From contig OX597832.1 in the NCBI GenBank assembly GCA_951406725.2, forward strand, positions 65,844,001 through 65,908,000: a stretch of DNA of 64,000 nucleotides, written 5' to 3'. Of the stretch, positions 38,315 through 52,679 are shown piece after piece. The stretch's first letter is position 1. The number at the start of each line of letters is the position of its first letter. The notes below the pieces were generated by a model. It was not told the origin of the DNA and did no database searches. It worked only from the letters and a program-made list of their open reading frames with translations. Source of the DNA: Octopus vulgaris (lineage: Eukaryota). A program made the translations under genes and the position numbers.

Positions 38315-38408
38315 ATAATTTGAATTCGCCTTAAATGGTCCCTTTACATACTGAACACTTGGTGAAATTGATTAATAATTAATTAATTAATTTTACCCTC
38401 AATTGTTG

Positions 38409-38462
<54 letters not shown>

Positions 38463-38806
38463 AAACAGTATTATATAGTTTGTATAATTTTTGCGTTATA
38501 TACATATACTTCTGATATAAAGATAACATTTTATTAAAAAATGGCCAGCATATGAAAAATACCTTTTAAGGTGAAAATTATAAATACAATTATAAATAAT
38601 TGCAAAACAAACTTTTCTTCGTTAAAATGCTGCAAAATAGCCGCTAAATCGTCTAAACACAAAATATTTTCACATACATTACTACACCAAGTGTGGAAAC
38701 AAGTTGTAGTAATATAAAGGAAATATTGTATGTGGTTAGACGAATTAGCGTCTATTTTTCAGCATATTGGCAAATAAATTTTGTTTCTTATTACCATTAT
38801 TCATAA

Positions 38807-38811
<5 letters not shown>

Positions 38812-38842
<31 letters not shown>

Positions 38843-39006
38843 TGTATGTATGTATGTATGTATGTATGTATGTATGTATGCATGCATACATACATACATA
38901 CATACATACATACATACATACATACATACATACATACATACATACATACATACATACATACATACATACATACATACATACATACATACATACATACATA
39001 CATACA
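38812..39006. repeat. (TATG)n-(CATA)n self-complementary tetranucleotide array
   Basis: The repeat flips orientation at tgcatgca (~38879-38886). Confidence 0.95.
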
Positions 39007-39288
39007 TTCACTTACGTACCATGCACAGAGTTTTCAAAGACGTGAATAATTAACGTGAATTTGGGAAGAAAATAGGATGCACTTTTGTTTCTCTTTGTAA
39101 ATATAAATGTCACATGTATTGAAGATAACAGCTTAAATGATACGTGGCTGGTTCGATAGCCTCTTTTCTTATATCAAATAAAGTACTTCTTATATCAAAT
39201 TTCATGTGACTAACAAAGGATTTTGCAATCGTATATCCTTAGTGGAGATTTTAATTTAGATATGCACAAGTTATGGCGCACAAACAAT

Positions 39289-39320
<32 letters not shown>

Positions 39321-39361
39321 TAGACAAATCAAGTATACATTTCTATAAAACAAATTATATG

Positions 39362-40244
39362 TAGGGTGTGGTAAATATATTGTCGTCTAAATTACACAAA
39401 AGTGAAGATAATACTTACATCTCATTTTAAAAGATATATTTACCAGAATTACATAAAAATATCTTGAAATAGTAGAGTAAATGTATTCAATACAATTGCC
39501 ATTGGCTTCAACCACGTCCTCCAGACGACTTCGGAATTTCCTGTAACTTTTCTGGACAGTCTCCTTGTTTATGTTGGTGAATGTTGTCATAATCCTTGCA
39601 TTCAGTTCATCTTTGATGTTACAAACAGCTTTATTGGTCTCTCGCTCAGTTGTGCCTCACACATAACAATCAGGGGAGTCTGTGTAGTTACGTCGCCAGA
39701 TGTTAGGGGTGCTGTGGTCGCAGAAATTGTCTGACAGCCATGACTGGGTTCTCCTGTTTTTATCGTGCAGAATCCCGTTGCTAGACATAAGGTCTTCCAG
39801 CAGCACCCTCTTGACCCAGGACAGCACCACTTCCGCCAGGCACTTGATGTAGGCCTCTGTGTTGAGATTCTGGCATAACGCCGCCATCACTAGTGAGAAC
39901 ACTAAGCACCAAGATGTTAGCTGGATGGTTGATTATTGTCAATCTCGGTATATGTTTGGGGACACAGCAGGCCAACAATTGTTCTGTGTTCCCCATCTGT
40001 TCATATTGGAGCTTCCGGTGCGAATGCCAAGCAGTATAGTTGGAGCTTCCGGTGCGAATGCCAAGCAGTATAGCATGTCGTTTCCAAAGTTGTGGCAGAG
40101 TGAATAGCGTTATGGAGCTGTTTTACTCAGAGACGGTGCCCAAATGACCCTCGTATACTGTGTATTCGGCAAAATCAAAAACAAACACAGTGTATGCATG
40201 AAATTAAAATTATGTCATGGCGACAATTTACCCATCGCAATCTG
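39362..40244 (-). mobile_element. Internally deleted Tc1/mariner (maT/DD37D-like) transposon relic
   Basis: GRPYV*QRDSA (QQDSAP), RTQSWLSDNF..TPNIW..SPDC and RKFRSRLEDVVEANGNCIE. Degenerate TIRs agggtgtggtaaatatattgtcg / cgacaatttacccatcgcaatctg|TA. Confidence 0.85.
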
Positions 40245-40248
40245 TATA

Positions 40249-40705
40249 TCTCTTTTACTAGCTTCAGTCATTTGACTGCGGCCATGCTGTCACCTTTAGT
40301 CACTGCCTTTAGTCAAACAAATTGACCTCAGGACTTATTCTTTGTAAACCTAATACTTGTTCTATCGGTTTCTTTTGACGAAGTGCTAAGTTACGTGGAC
40401 TTAAGCAGATCAACAACAGCTGTTGTCAAGCGATGGCCGGGTGGGGACAAACGCACACAGGCACATACACACACATGCACAAACACACAAACACATGCAC
40501 ACACACACACACACACACAAGCACACACACACATATATATATATATACAACCGGTTTCTTTCAGTTTCTGTCTAACAAATCCACTCACAAAGCTTTTGTT
40601 GTCCCGTGGCTATAGTAGAAACAGATCACTAAGGTTCCATGCAGTGGCACTGAACTTGGAACCATATGGTTAGAAAGCAAGCTACTTACCACACAGCCAC
40701 GCCTG
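40249..40705 (-). mobile_element. Full-length SINE family B
   Basis: Tail cttcagtcatttgactgcggccatgctg, internal (CA)n, and head ggcgtggctgtgtggtaagtagcttgc. Confidence 0.9.
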
Positions 40706-42639
40706 TACATATAAAAAGGCACACACATGCACACACATGTTATATGTAGTAATCAAAAGATGTTGCAATTGCCATAAAGTTTTCATTATCTCAAATGAAA
40801 CAGGAATTCTGAACAATTGCGATACGTCTGAGTTTTTCTCTGACGATGTTCGTAATTGAGATGAATTTCCTGATACTACAGAAAAACGTTTGATTTGCAA
40901 AGCGAGGACAATAAGAAATGCGTTTGACAACGAAGTTTGTAGAATGCAACTAGATATTTAGCAATTTAATGCATGTAGAAAATTCTGTCTTGTACACAAC
41001 TTGGCCTGAAATTTCCTGGGCAGTTGTTAACTGATGAAACGGACCCGAATATGTGACTAGCAGGATAAAACACATCGATAAAAAAGAAAAAAAGATGGAC
41101 ATATCGAAATCTCTGAGATGTCGCTTTCCATTCAAACGAGCAAAAAGCTAATTACAGTGGAAAGAAGAAATGAATCGTAGAACAGGGGCCGTGAGGATTT
41201 TCAGCGAGTAAAATTTGAAATAAAAAATAACATCATCAAATTCAAAATTATGTAACAATTAACAAAACTCATCACGGAGAACAACAAAATTTCCAGAAAA
41301 TATACCCGACATGGCTGAGTTTCCACTTTGTACCATTTGGAATAGTTTATGCACGATTTGAATTTACCCTGATACTCTACGCTCCAATGCCTTTACCCAT
41401 ATACTTTTGCACATCACAGGATTCTCTCTCCCTCTCTCTTCCTCTCTCGCTCTCTCCATTCATCTTCCTCCTCCAATATTTGAAGCAGTTTATCACGGTC
41501 GCACTGCACATGCTACTGCTACTATTACTGTAGATATGTGATTCCTAGAAGACTGCTCTACGCTTTTCTCTAAAAGATTTGTCCTCGCTCATCTCAGTTA
41601 CGTACCCTGTACAATTCATTTTGCTTTAGCAACCAGACAGAAATTAAACACTCTACCTCGGATAAATAGATGCACTGCTTCGATTGTCTCGATCCAGCTG
41701 GAAGCCGGAGCTCTATTACACGTGAGAATAGATTTTCCTCACATCCTAACAATCCACGAAGCGCAAACAGTGAACGAATGCATCGCGGACACTTTCGTTA
41801 TATTGCATGCATCACTAAAACTTCAGCTGACGGTGCCTCCAGCAGAGCAAAACCTACTGAATGGGAATTCACACAAATCCGATTTTCATTTAAACTTAGA
41901 ATTCTTATGAGAATTTTCTATGATACTTGAACAAAAATTTCTCTAAAAGTAACTCTCCGACTCTCTTCGGTAAACTTTGAAAGTCTCTAACAATGTCACA
42001 AAAAACTGTATACAAACATAATAATATTATCATACACTGTGTTAACACTTATCGCTATCGTCTAATTTAAACAACGGTAAATAGAAGCTAAATTGAAAAT
42101 ATGGTACACAGAACTGTGTTTAATGATCTTAGATCATCCTATGATTATGTAGGTGATATGAAACATGAGATTCTATTTGAAGAATATAAGCTTAGACACA
42201 AAAAATATTAAATAACGCGATTAAATCAAGAAATTAATGAGAAGTAAGTTATCAGAAATTGAAATATATACCATATATCATTTTTTGATACATTTCAATA
42301 TTAAAGTATACACTCGCAAAACCATTAGACAATGTAAGATTATTATACTGTTGTTAAAATCACTACTAAGTACGTATTTCAGGAAGATTATGAATCTTAA
42401 TACTAATTAGATGGTACGGATAAAGATGGGGATTACAAAAGGAGATTGGAAACGTATAATGATCAAAGACATTACGCAAAGCGAGGATCGAAAACTGTGA
42501 AAGTCTGCGAAAAACATCAGTTTCAAATGTTGACAGAAGGCTAGCAATTGCGAGGAAGGTGTTATGCTGATTACATCAACCCCAATGCACAATTACTACA
42601 TATTTTATCGATAAAATGTATTTATCAATGATAATCCTT

Positions 42640-42852
42640 TATACTATAGGCCCAAGGACTGACATTTTGGGTGAGAGGTTAAGTTAATTACATCGACCTT
42701 GGTACTGATTTGGTATTTACTTTATCGAACCTGAAAATATGAAAAGTAAAGTCAACCTCGGTGGAATTTGAAATCAGATCGTAGCTGCAGACGAAATACA
42801 GCTAAGCATTTTCACTCAGCGTCCGAACGATTCTGCCGGCGCTGGCCGCCTT
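42640..42852 (-). mobile_element. SINE family A
   Basis: aaagtcaacctcggtggaatttgaa..cagacgaaatacagctaagcattt..aacgattctgcc. Confidence 0.8.
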
Positions 42853-43444
42853 ATAAATAGCGATAATAATTCCAACAGGAATTCGAAGGTTAAATACATG
42901 CAAGCCGGAGCATTCATATATATTTTCTCTCATTATCTCCATATGATTAATAGATATACAGCGGATAATTTGACCTACCGTTCAGTTCACACAATTCGCT
43001 CTGGCGTCTGAGAAAATAACTACAAAACATTTTAAAGCAAATGGAGATGCGTGTCTCCGAATAGAATGTGAATAATGTGCGTAGCTAGTTTCACTGTGTG
43101 TGCGTGTGTGTGTGTGTGTTGGTATATACATGTATAAATACATATATAGACATACTTACACACACATACACACACGTATATTATATACATATATACATAC
43201 TTATATATATACTTATATATATATATATAAGTATATAAATACGCACACATAAACACAGACGGACAGACAGACAGGCAGACATACACACATATATGAGGGT
43301 ACTTGGAATTATTCACTAACCTAAATATTGTTACCCTTTGAATTTATGAAGTATTTTGTGCGGATTGATAATCTTTTACACACACACACACAAACATGCA
43401 CACACACAACACAACACACACACACACACACACACAAACATACA

Positions 43445-43834
<390 letters not shown>

Positions 43835-44204
43835 TATTCCACTAAACTTTGTACGACTTGAACACAGTCTCTCCCCACCTCTCTCACATTACTTTGCCTT
43901 TCTTACTTTGCACTTCACTGTCCCTGTCTTTCTTTTTTCTCGCCAATTCTTCGGTCTAGACGTTCTCTTTCTTCTCCCCTCCTTAATTTCTTGTTCCTCT
44001 TTTTTCTCTCTTCTCCCGTCCTTAATTCTTTTGTTCCTCTCTTTCTCTCTCTTCTCTTCCCACGTCACCGCTGACCGACTAGCCCTTTTGCGTGGGACCA
44101 CAGGCACGGTAACGTCATTCTTTTTGTCTGCTGTAAGGCTTATTCTCAATCCGCCAGCTGAATTCAATTAGTCTCTAGTCGAAAGACGCCTGTTGTTATG
44201 TCCT

Positions 44205-44448
44205 GTTATTATTATTATTATTGACTGAGAGAACAGTGCATGCGAACAAAGTGACACTGGGGTAAAATATACGAAGCCCAGTGTACCCATCATGACTACC
44301 CATCTGATAAGGGTGCACAAGGCACATGCATCACAACCATATGTGCGCGACATGGTGATCTCATATCAAGATAAACAGCACATGACCTTGCAGGTGGGAA
44401 CCTGTTAGAATTTTCTTCTGGTCGAGTAGCCCATCCCGCTCAAAAGGG
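44205..44448 (-). mobile_element. Probable retroposon 3' end with (AAT)n tail
   Basis: GC-richer non-coding block ending on the minus strand in ctctcagtc(aat)n. Recalled as an abundant octopod repeat; only one copy in this window. Confidence 0.5.
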
Positions 44449-44907
44449 GGTATATGTGTGTAGGTAAAAGGGGGGTATGGGAATGTATATGTGTGTGTGT
44501 GTGTCTAATGGAAGTGGAATGTTTAACATTCAACGCTGAAAGATCAGCCTTTCAACTCTGTGTGAGTATCTGTGCGTAAAGGTGTGCGTGTACAAGGGAA
44601 GTAGCAATGTTTTGACATGCTGATGCCCCCCCCCCCCCCACCACCACGATGATGGAAGAGGCAGCGAACGCGCTGTTTTCTGATTGGCTGAAAATTCTGA
44701 AAATGATCAAATTTTGAACACCTGTAACGTAAAAAAAACAAACCTTTTCTTGAATGAATGAATAACAAATTCGGTTTCAGCGTCAAAGCTTACATCTTAA
44801 AGATACATTAAACACTTTTTTAAAGATAATTGTAAACAGTGACGAAAACCACAAAGAACTAGCTTCCTTCTTATTCCCATTCCTCCTTATCCTACTCACA
44901 CACACAC

Positions 44908-44959
<52 letters not shown>

Positions 44960-45014
44960 CATATACATATATACATACATATATGTACGTACCTACCTCT
45001 ACATGTATATATGC

Positions 45015-45208
45015 ATGCATATATGGGTACAGGACTCCCCCCACAAAAAAAAAACGTCGAACACAATCAGAAACGAAAACATAAACACAAAACCAAGGAA
45101 CTGGACATTTTTCTTAAACAACTAAAAAATAGAGTCCAGGACATATAACACAAGGAAAATTCCCCTTCTTCAGTCGCCATGGTTTCATCTACTCCGCGTT
45201 TCAAAGCA
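45015..45208 (-). repeat. Dispersed repeat family D
   Basis: Homologous to 16640-16805. Confidence 0.65.
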
Positions 45209-45792
45209 TATATATATATATATGTATGAGATGAGTTGATAGAACTTGATCGAAGTGAAACCAAGAAAACTTTGCATGCAAATATATACTCTGTTTTTCT
45301 TTGAAGAAGAGACAAAGCTAATCTAGCATCTGCTTTCATTAAAATACGTGCGTCTCATATTGATGAAATGGAAAACTGTTTCAGTATGAATAACAGGACA
45401 AAAAAATGCTGTTAGTTTAGAGAATGAAGCAATTCAGGAAATCCCGAATCCCTTTCCAGGCTCGTTAAGAAAGATACATTCTAGAAGAAGCCCAGGAAAA
45501 TAGATTAGCCCAGTAAAATATAAAGCCAGGAAGTGAATGTCCGAACATATACAATAAGCGTCCGGTTCGTTACAGTAACGTGAGGTATAGTGGAGCTACG
45601 ACTTAAACATTGTTCCAGCTGAAATGATATCGTTCTGTGTTTGTGAGCATATTAAGAGAAAAATATTTCCTCAGTAGGATTATAATTCGATGGGACTGGC
45701 ATGTTTTGAAAAGAAAAGCCTTGGAGACTACAACGCGAGAAGAAGCCAAATTTTCTTCATATAAACGGCAAAAAGATAAGCTACTTTGAATA

Positions 45793-47891
45793 CACTATGC
45801 AACACTCAAAAAAGTAGAAGAGATCTGTGCCCATTTCTAAATGCAAAATGACATGGGAAATCCATTTCTGGCCTTCTTTGTGTTGAATTAGGAATGGTTT
45901 CTACATAATTGACACTGTATAACCTTTTTGTCATTACTATTCGATAAAATTCTCTACTGCATTGTAAAATGGGATTCAACCCAGGGCTAGAGACCAATCT
46001 TAGTAATACCTACATTGCGATTCAAAGCTTGCGTTTAATGTTATTTTTTATCCTTCAGATCTTATTTGTTTTCAGCAATGAGTGCAAAACAGTGCAAAAA
46101 TGATCCAAACAGATTCTGTTATACCTGTGGGGAATTGACTATTGCTAAAGAAAAGCGCAGTATCACAAGCCATATCAAGAACATATGTACTTCGATTGTT
46201 ACTTAGGAGAGCAGGATAAGTCATGGGCTCCTCATGTGTTGCCTTACATGTGTGAAGACATTGAGTGCCTGCTATGCAGGAAAAAATCTCACATGAGGTT
46301 TTGTGTACCAATGATTTGGCGTGAGCAGAAATATCACTCTAATGATTGCTATTTCTGTCACCATGACTTTACAGGTTGTACTAAATCAAAGAAAAGGAAA
46401 CACATTGTTTACCCATATTTGCAATCAGCAATGCGCCCAGTAGATCACTCATAAAATTTACCTGTGCCCAAACCTCCAGATCAAGAAATGCAGAGTTCCA
46501 GCAGTGCTGATGAACATTCCAGTGGTGAATGTGTGGAGCCCAATGATCCAGAAAACGAGAATAAACCAATACCATTTTCTCAAGAGGCTCTAAATGATTT
46601 GTGCAGGGATCTCTCTTTCACCAAAGAGAAAAGTGAGTTTCTGTCATCAAGGCTTCAAGAACGTAATCTTCTTGAGGAAGGAGTGAAGATAACACTGTAC
46701 AGAAAACGTACAGAAGGTATGCTTACATTATTCATCATGAAGGATAACTTATGCTTTTGTAATGACATCACTGAACTTTTTGAGCAACTGGAAATACCAT
46801 ATGATAAAACCAACTGGCGACTTTTCATAGATACATCCAAGGACAGCATTAAAGCTACACAATGGTAACACTCTGCCTTCTGTTCCCATAGCTTATAGCA
46901 CAACCATGAAAGAATCATATGAAAATCTGAAAGCAGTTCTAACAAACATACAGTATGATTACCATACCTGGCATATTTGAGCAGATTTTAAAGTTGATTT
47001 TAAGGCCATACTTACTGGCCTTCATCTTGGCTATACTACATTTTGCTGCTTCCTGTGCTTATGGAATTCCAGAGCAAGAGCTGAACATTATGTACGCAAG
47101 GATTGGCCGATCCGAGACGAAATTGAGGAAGGAAAACACAACATCATGCACAATTTTTTAACCACCTTTGCGTATTAAACTTTGTTTGTTTAAGCAATTT
47201 GTGAAAGTCTTGGACAAGGAATCCTCCGCATTTGTGTACCTTGCAGAAAAGTGCCCTTTCCCGAGTCAAACTAAAATTAAAGTAGGTTTCTTCATAGGTC
47301 CACAAATTCGAAAAATTGTACTTCATGAAGCCTTCATCACACATCTCAAGAGAAAAAAAATGTTTGCCTTCGAGTCATTCAAGAAAGTTTGCGATAATTT
47401 CCTGGGCAACCATCGTTCAGAAGACTATGTGCAAGTTGTGAATGATCGGCCGAGTCATTATCATGATATGGGATGTAACATGTCTTTAAAAGTTCATGCG
47501 CCTCACTCAAGCGATGATTCAAAGGAAAATGGAACCCTGGCATGTTGGCAGACTACTGCTGGGGTATAAAAAAAGATCATACTCTGCACAAGAGGCTTAG
47601 AAGGACAAAAGTTGTTTAAACTGACAGGTGTGTTTTTAATTCATAACCAATATATGTTTTGTTCTACCGACTAAATTTTTGTTTTGTTTTTTGTAACTTT
47701 CAATATTTGCAATGTTGTGTTCAATACGCAATATTATGCAATATATTATAAAACATATGATTCATGGTACAGGAAAACAGCGCCTAATCTGGAGAAATAA
47801 AGGTCAGAATCAGAAAAAGGACAATGTTTTAACCCAGAAACAAGTCTTACTCAACTTGTACTTTTTTGAACCTGAAATTTGTTGCACAGTG
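45793..47891 (+). mobile_element. Chapaev3-type (CMC superfamily) DNA transposon, full length, transposase pseudogenised
   Basis: TIRs CACTATGCAACA / TGTTGCACAGTG (11 of 12 match) with ATA on both flanks (45790-92 and 47892-94). ATG at 46078 gives MSAKQCKNDPNRFCYTCGE, then PMIWREQ..HSNDCYFC, LNDLCRDL..KEKSEFLSSRLQERNLL, WRLFID, KESYENLK, IKL.LFKQFVKVLD, FIGPQIRK and MGCNMSLKVH across frameshifts. Confidence 0.88.
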
Positions 47892-48390
47892 ATATCAGCG
47901 GATATGCTTTAAGGATCAATGTTTCAGAGAATTCCAAGACTTTCCACAATAGCAACGAGCATACCCTAGCAATTCCTCCCCAATTCCATGTCACACCTCA
48001 AAGAGATTGACACTTTCCCAAGATTCTCTGATTTTTGTGGGAAATACTTCAGCACATTTATGTACTTCCACTAATCTACATACACAGATTAAGCGCCACC
48101 GGAGATTAGGTTTTATCAAGTAACACATTCTAACTATCAGATCCACTTGTCAGCTCTAAACCATAGGGCATCACCTGATAGCAAACAATCAAAAGTGCAT
48201 AGAAACCATTTATTCACGGCCTGTTGCGAAGCAGACTCAGCTGAGAACTTGATATGATGTGTTTCAGTGTTGCAGATGATTCAACGACGCTTATTTAAAC
48301 AACACAGATTACGAAATAGTTGCCAACTAAAGCAAAAAAGACACATTCTTGCAATCCTCTCCTCTGTTTGTGTGTGTATGTATGCGTGTA

Positions 48391-48440
<50 letters not shown>

Positions 48441-48714
48441 TGCAACTGATTGGTATTGCGCCGAAATAATGGTATACACATACACGCACACATAAACACT
48501 CACACACGCAAACACACACACACACATACACACACTTGAATGTGTTCTTTGATGAATGTAATTTTAATTCTATAGCTTTATAATGCTGATTTAGGCCCGT
48601 AGACATCTATATTATATACTATTTGTATTGCTTTCGATAATAATAACAATAATGATATCTATATATATTCTCGCTTCTGAATATTTTTGCTGCCATATAT
48701 ATGCATACATCTGA

Positions 48715-48764
<50 letters not shown>

Positions 48765-49853
48765 GTGCGTATGCCTGTGTTTGCATATATATATGTATAT
48801 ACATATTCACTCTCATCTTCTCTAACTTCTAAATAAACACATCAATATCGAACAACAACAGCCGTCCGAATATCAATGTCGGCACGAAACAAAATCCATC
48901 ATTTTAATAGTTTAAATTAACACGGAAATTTTTAGTAAATCTACTGTAAAAAATAAGAAGAAGTAAAATGTTATATTAACATTGCGATAATAATACTAAA
49001 TTTTGTGTTTGGATTGGTTGAAATCAAAACAAAAATGCTAAATGCAGAGTAATTTCCATACTACCCGAAAATAATATCATTTTTGTAAAAATTTAACATG
49101 CAATGAAATCCAATATAACGCTTCATATATGAACAGACTCCGGAAATAGCAGGAAAGAAATTCTTGCTCCTATTTTAAGCAGGTTTTTATCAATATTCTG
49201 ACAAAAGAGTTTTGTGTATGTAAGGCTTTTGTAAGATACAGACAAACGGGAAACAACAAGAAAAACGATTAAAAATAATACTGAAATTAATTGACTGCGC
49301 CATGGAAATTCTGCGTGTAGTTTTTCATGCTGATGTTCTCATGTATTCCAAGGTCACTGGTGATCGATATCAGAAGGTATTTTGAAAATCATTCCAAATA
49401 TGAGCCACCGGTCACTTTGAAAGACTGGCATATGTATAATATCTAACCCACCATTACATTTATAAAGATAGATAAAGTGTGTCATGATCTGTAGGACTCG
49501 AGCGAGAATAAGACGCTGAAATTATAACGATTTTCATCAATGAAAACGTTGGTCCGTCTAGGGGATGACTTCCAGTGTATTGTTGGAAATCATTTGCGCT
49601 TGGAAACCATTTCACAACGTAAAATGAGGTCGTTTGCTCAAGAACGCTATGCATAATTCGTTGCAGGATTCGAAACCGCAATCAGATGATTGTAAATGCA
49701 GCTCTTTACCACTACATGATTTGTCTTCACATCTTCGTTTGCTATATCTAGGAAACAGATTGACCACATTCTCTTTTATCAAATTTTCCCTCAAGAAGCA
49801 CTCTGTACGAATCGTTAGATTTACCTACTTCCCATGACATATGAAGATAACTG

Positions 49854-49913
49854 ATTGACAAACATCAACTTGATCTATTTATGTGTAAATAGATCTAGCA
49901 GATGTTTGTCAAT
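49854..49913. repeat. 60-nt hairpin
   Basis: attgacaaacatc..gatctattta / tgtg / taaatagatc..gatgtttgtcaat. Confidence 0.85.
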
Positions 49914-50103
49914 TGTCTTTTCCATCTTTTTCCTTGACTTATAACTTCTGGTTAAACTTTTGTAAACATCCACATACATATTATTCAATTGCACTATTGC
50001 CCTGCAACAGTTAGCATTTGGATATAAACAGGTATACATCCAGTAGTATATTGGATATTTATTATCCCTTAGATGTTTGTCTAACGTCTAACTAATATAT
50101 ACG

Positions 50104-50135
<32 letters not shown>

Positions 50136-50170
50136 TAGAAAAAATATTTATATATATAAAATAATTATAT

Positions 50171-50219
<49 letters not shown>

Positions 50220-50220
50220 A

Positions 50221-50280
<60 letters not shown>

Positions 50281-50282
<2 letters not shown>

Positions 50283-50953
50283 CAATGACTAGTGACCGAG
50301 ACCTTTGGAAATATGCTGTGCGTGAGAAGACCCGGCAGGATAAGTGAGTCCATCCCGTATCCTTTGCCAGAGATGTAGCCAGCCCACTTATGCATGTCTT
50401 TCCTTCCTTGGACACGCGAAGACCTGTTGAGGCAAATGAAGTCAAAATTGAATTCAGAATCGAACCACATCCGACGACTGGCACCCGGCAGTTGCCAGTG
50501 CCGCTGGACTGACTCCTGTGCAGGTGGCAAGTAAAGAAACATCGTTTCGACCCTGTGCTTGAGGAGACCTATTGAGTCAAATACATCAACATCAAAAATC
50601 AATGGAAATTGTAGTTTTGATTCCTGTGCCGGTGGCACGTAAAATGCACCATCCGAACGTGGCCGATGCCAGTGCCGCCTTGACTGGCTTCTGTGCCGAT
50701 GGCACGTAAAAGGCACCAATCCGATCGTGGTCGTTGCCAGCCTTGCCTGGCATCTGTGACGGTGGCACGTAAAAGGCAGCCACTACACTCACGGGGTGGT
50801 TGGCGTTAGGAAGAGCATCCATCTGTAGAAACACTGCCAGATCAGACTGGAACCTGGTGCAGCCTTCTGGCTTCCCAGATACCGGTCGAACCGTCCAACC
50901 CATGCTAGCATCGAAAACGGACGTTAAACGATGATGATGATTATGATGATGAT
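50281..50953 (+). mobile_element. 3' end of an RTE-type LINE (or derived SINE) with long structured 3' UTR and (GAT)n tail
   Basis: [21 protein letters not shown] has the RTE-like DRxxW C-terminus. Four gtg.cggtggcacgtaaaa repeats follow, then ggcgttaggaagagcatcc and ggacgttaaac(gat)n. (TA)n on both flanks. Confidence 0.8.
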
Positions 50954-51117
50954 ATATATATATATATTCAGTTGAATTAGGTACGTAAGTTGAAGCACCA
51001 AGTCACTCCGGAATTATCCGCACAGCTCGAAGTAAGCTGACTAAAATCAAAATAAGCACTTCATTTAAACTGATGTAATGATTACATTGTTCAATTATAT
51101 GGAGCCGCTTGAAATGG

Positions 51118-51156
<39 letters not shown>

Positions 51157-51243
51157 TAGCTACACACCCACATGTCTACATATAAATCTACTGAAACACT
51201 CAAACACACACACATATGTATTCAACTAAGTAATTATATATTT

Positions 51244-51275
<32 letters not shown>

Positions 51276-52334
51276 ATGTCTCTTTCCCTCCCTCTCTGCG
51301 TATATACAGAGCGGGAACGTTATTGAGAGATTTCTAATTGTGAGTATATTGCTCCCTTCAAATCAATCCAAATATTTTTCTTTTTTCATATCCCACATGG
51401 CAAATAAAATGTTAACTCCTGTAAGAAGTAGACGTGAAGTCGTTGCTGCTATATCTGCAAATACAGCGATTTAGAAGCTATCGAATTTCTAAGTGTTGCA
51501 AATTTTGGATGTCAGTGGAAGCTTCTGGCTGGAATGTTTCTACTGAGTGAAAAAGAACACAATCTAACAATTCGAACAAAATGTGGACACCAAAACACAT
51601 TTCATGTTTAGGTGTCGGGTGTATTGTTTCAGAATTGTGGTTCACCAGAACAACTGACACACGTCGATTGTACTACAGAAACCCTGATTCAAACCTGCAA
51701 TTATACAAGAAAACGGTGCCAAACGAACGAATCCGGCATGCTTAGAGTAAATGTCTAACATATAAAACGATAGACCGACGGCCGAGTGCAGATCCTTCTG
51801 ATAGCTGCACTGTAAGTAACATTAAATTTGCAGTGATTGGTTGAGGAGTGGTGGGTAATGATGATCATACGATATCACCTCACGTTTACCTTTAGAGTCA
51901 AACAATTAATGTTGCTGAATGATATGCCGTTTTGATCACCCCGGGACTATGATTAAAGTCACTTGACCAAGATGGTCTGCAGCAAGACTGAACCTGCAAC
52001 CATGTTGTTGGAATGCAAACTTTATACTATACACTTACGTCTGCACATTCTTGCCTCCCGCCACAGATGCATGTATGTGTAAGTATACATACCAATATAT
52101 CTATATCTATATCTATATATTTATATATATATATGTTGGGGGGAATTCACAAAAAACAGATGAAGGCAGGTGGTGTAAACAAGAAGAGTATTGACAGTGA
52201 CTTCGAAATCATTGCTAATTGTATTCATGTTAATATTAGTTAATCTATAAATCTATACTCCATAAATCTAATGGAATTATCCTTTACATTAATGTAACAA
52301 TCGCCTTTATTAGAACTGTTTATAAAAGCAAACA

Positions 52335-52454
<120 letters not shown>

Positions 52455-52466
52455 TATATATGTATG

Positions 52467-52504
<38 letters not shown>

Positions 52505-52518
52505 AGTGTATGTTTGTG

Positions 52519-52553
<35 letters not shown>

Positions 52554-52679
52554 GCATACATATGTACATAAGTGTAAAGAGAGTGGATCCCCTTTCATAC
52601 TTCTTTGTGTTGTCCGTTTTTTGCAGAATTGTTAGCTGTTTCCCCTCATCACGTATTTCATGTATCACATGACTATTGA

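Noticed and set aside
40838-40895. CTGACGA...GAAA hammerhead-like boxes
   Set aside because: The cleavage triplet would end in G and stem I does not pair.
41600-41625. TACCCTGTA resembling the miR-10 5' end
   Set aside because: It diverges after 9 nt and has no complementary star arm.
50515-50790. Repeat-spacer pattern superficially like a CRISPR array
   Set aside because: Eukaryotic retroposon 3' UTR context, irregular spacer lengths, degenerate repeats and no cas genes.
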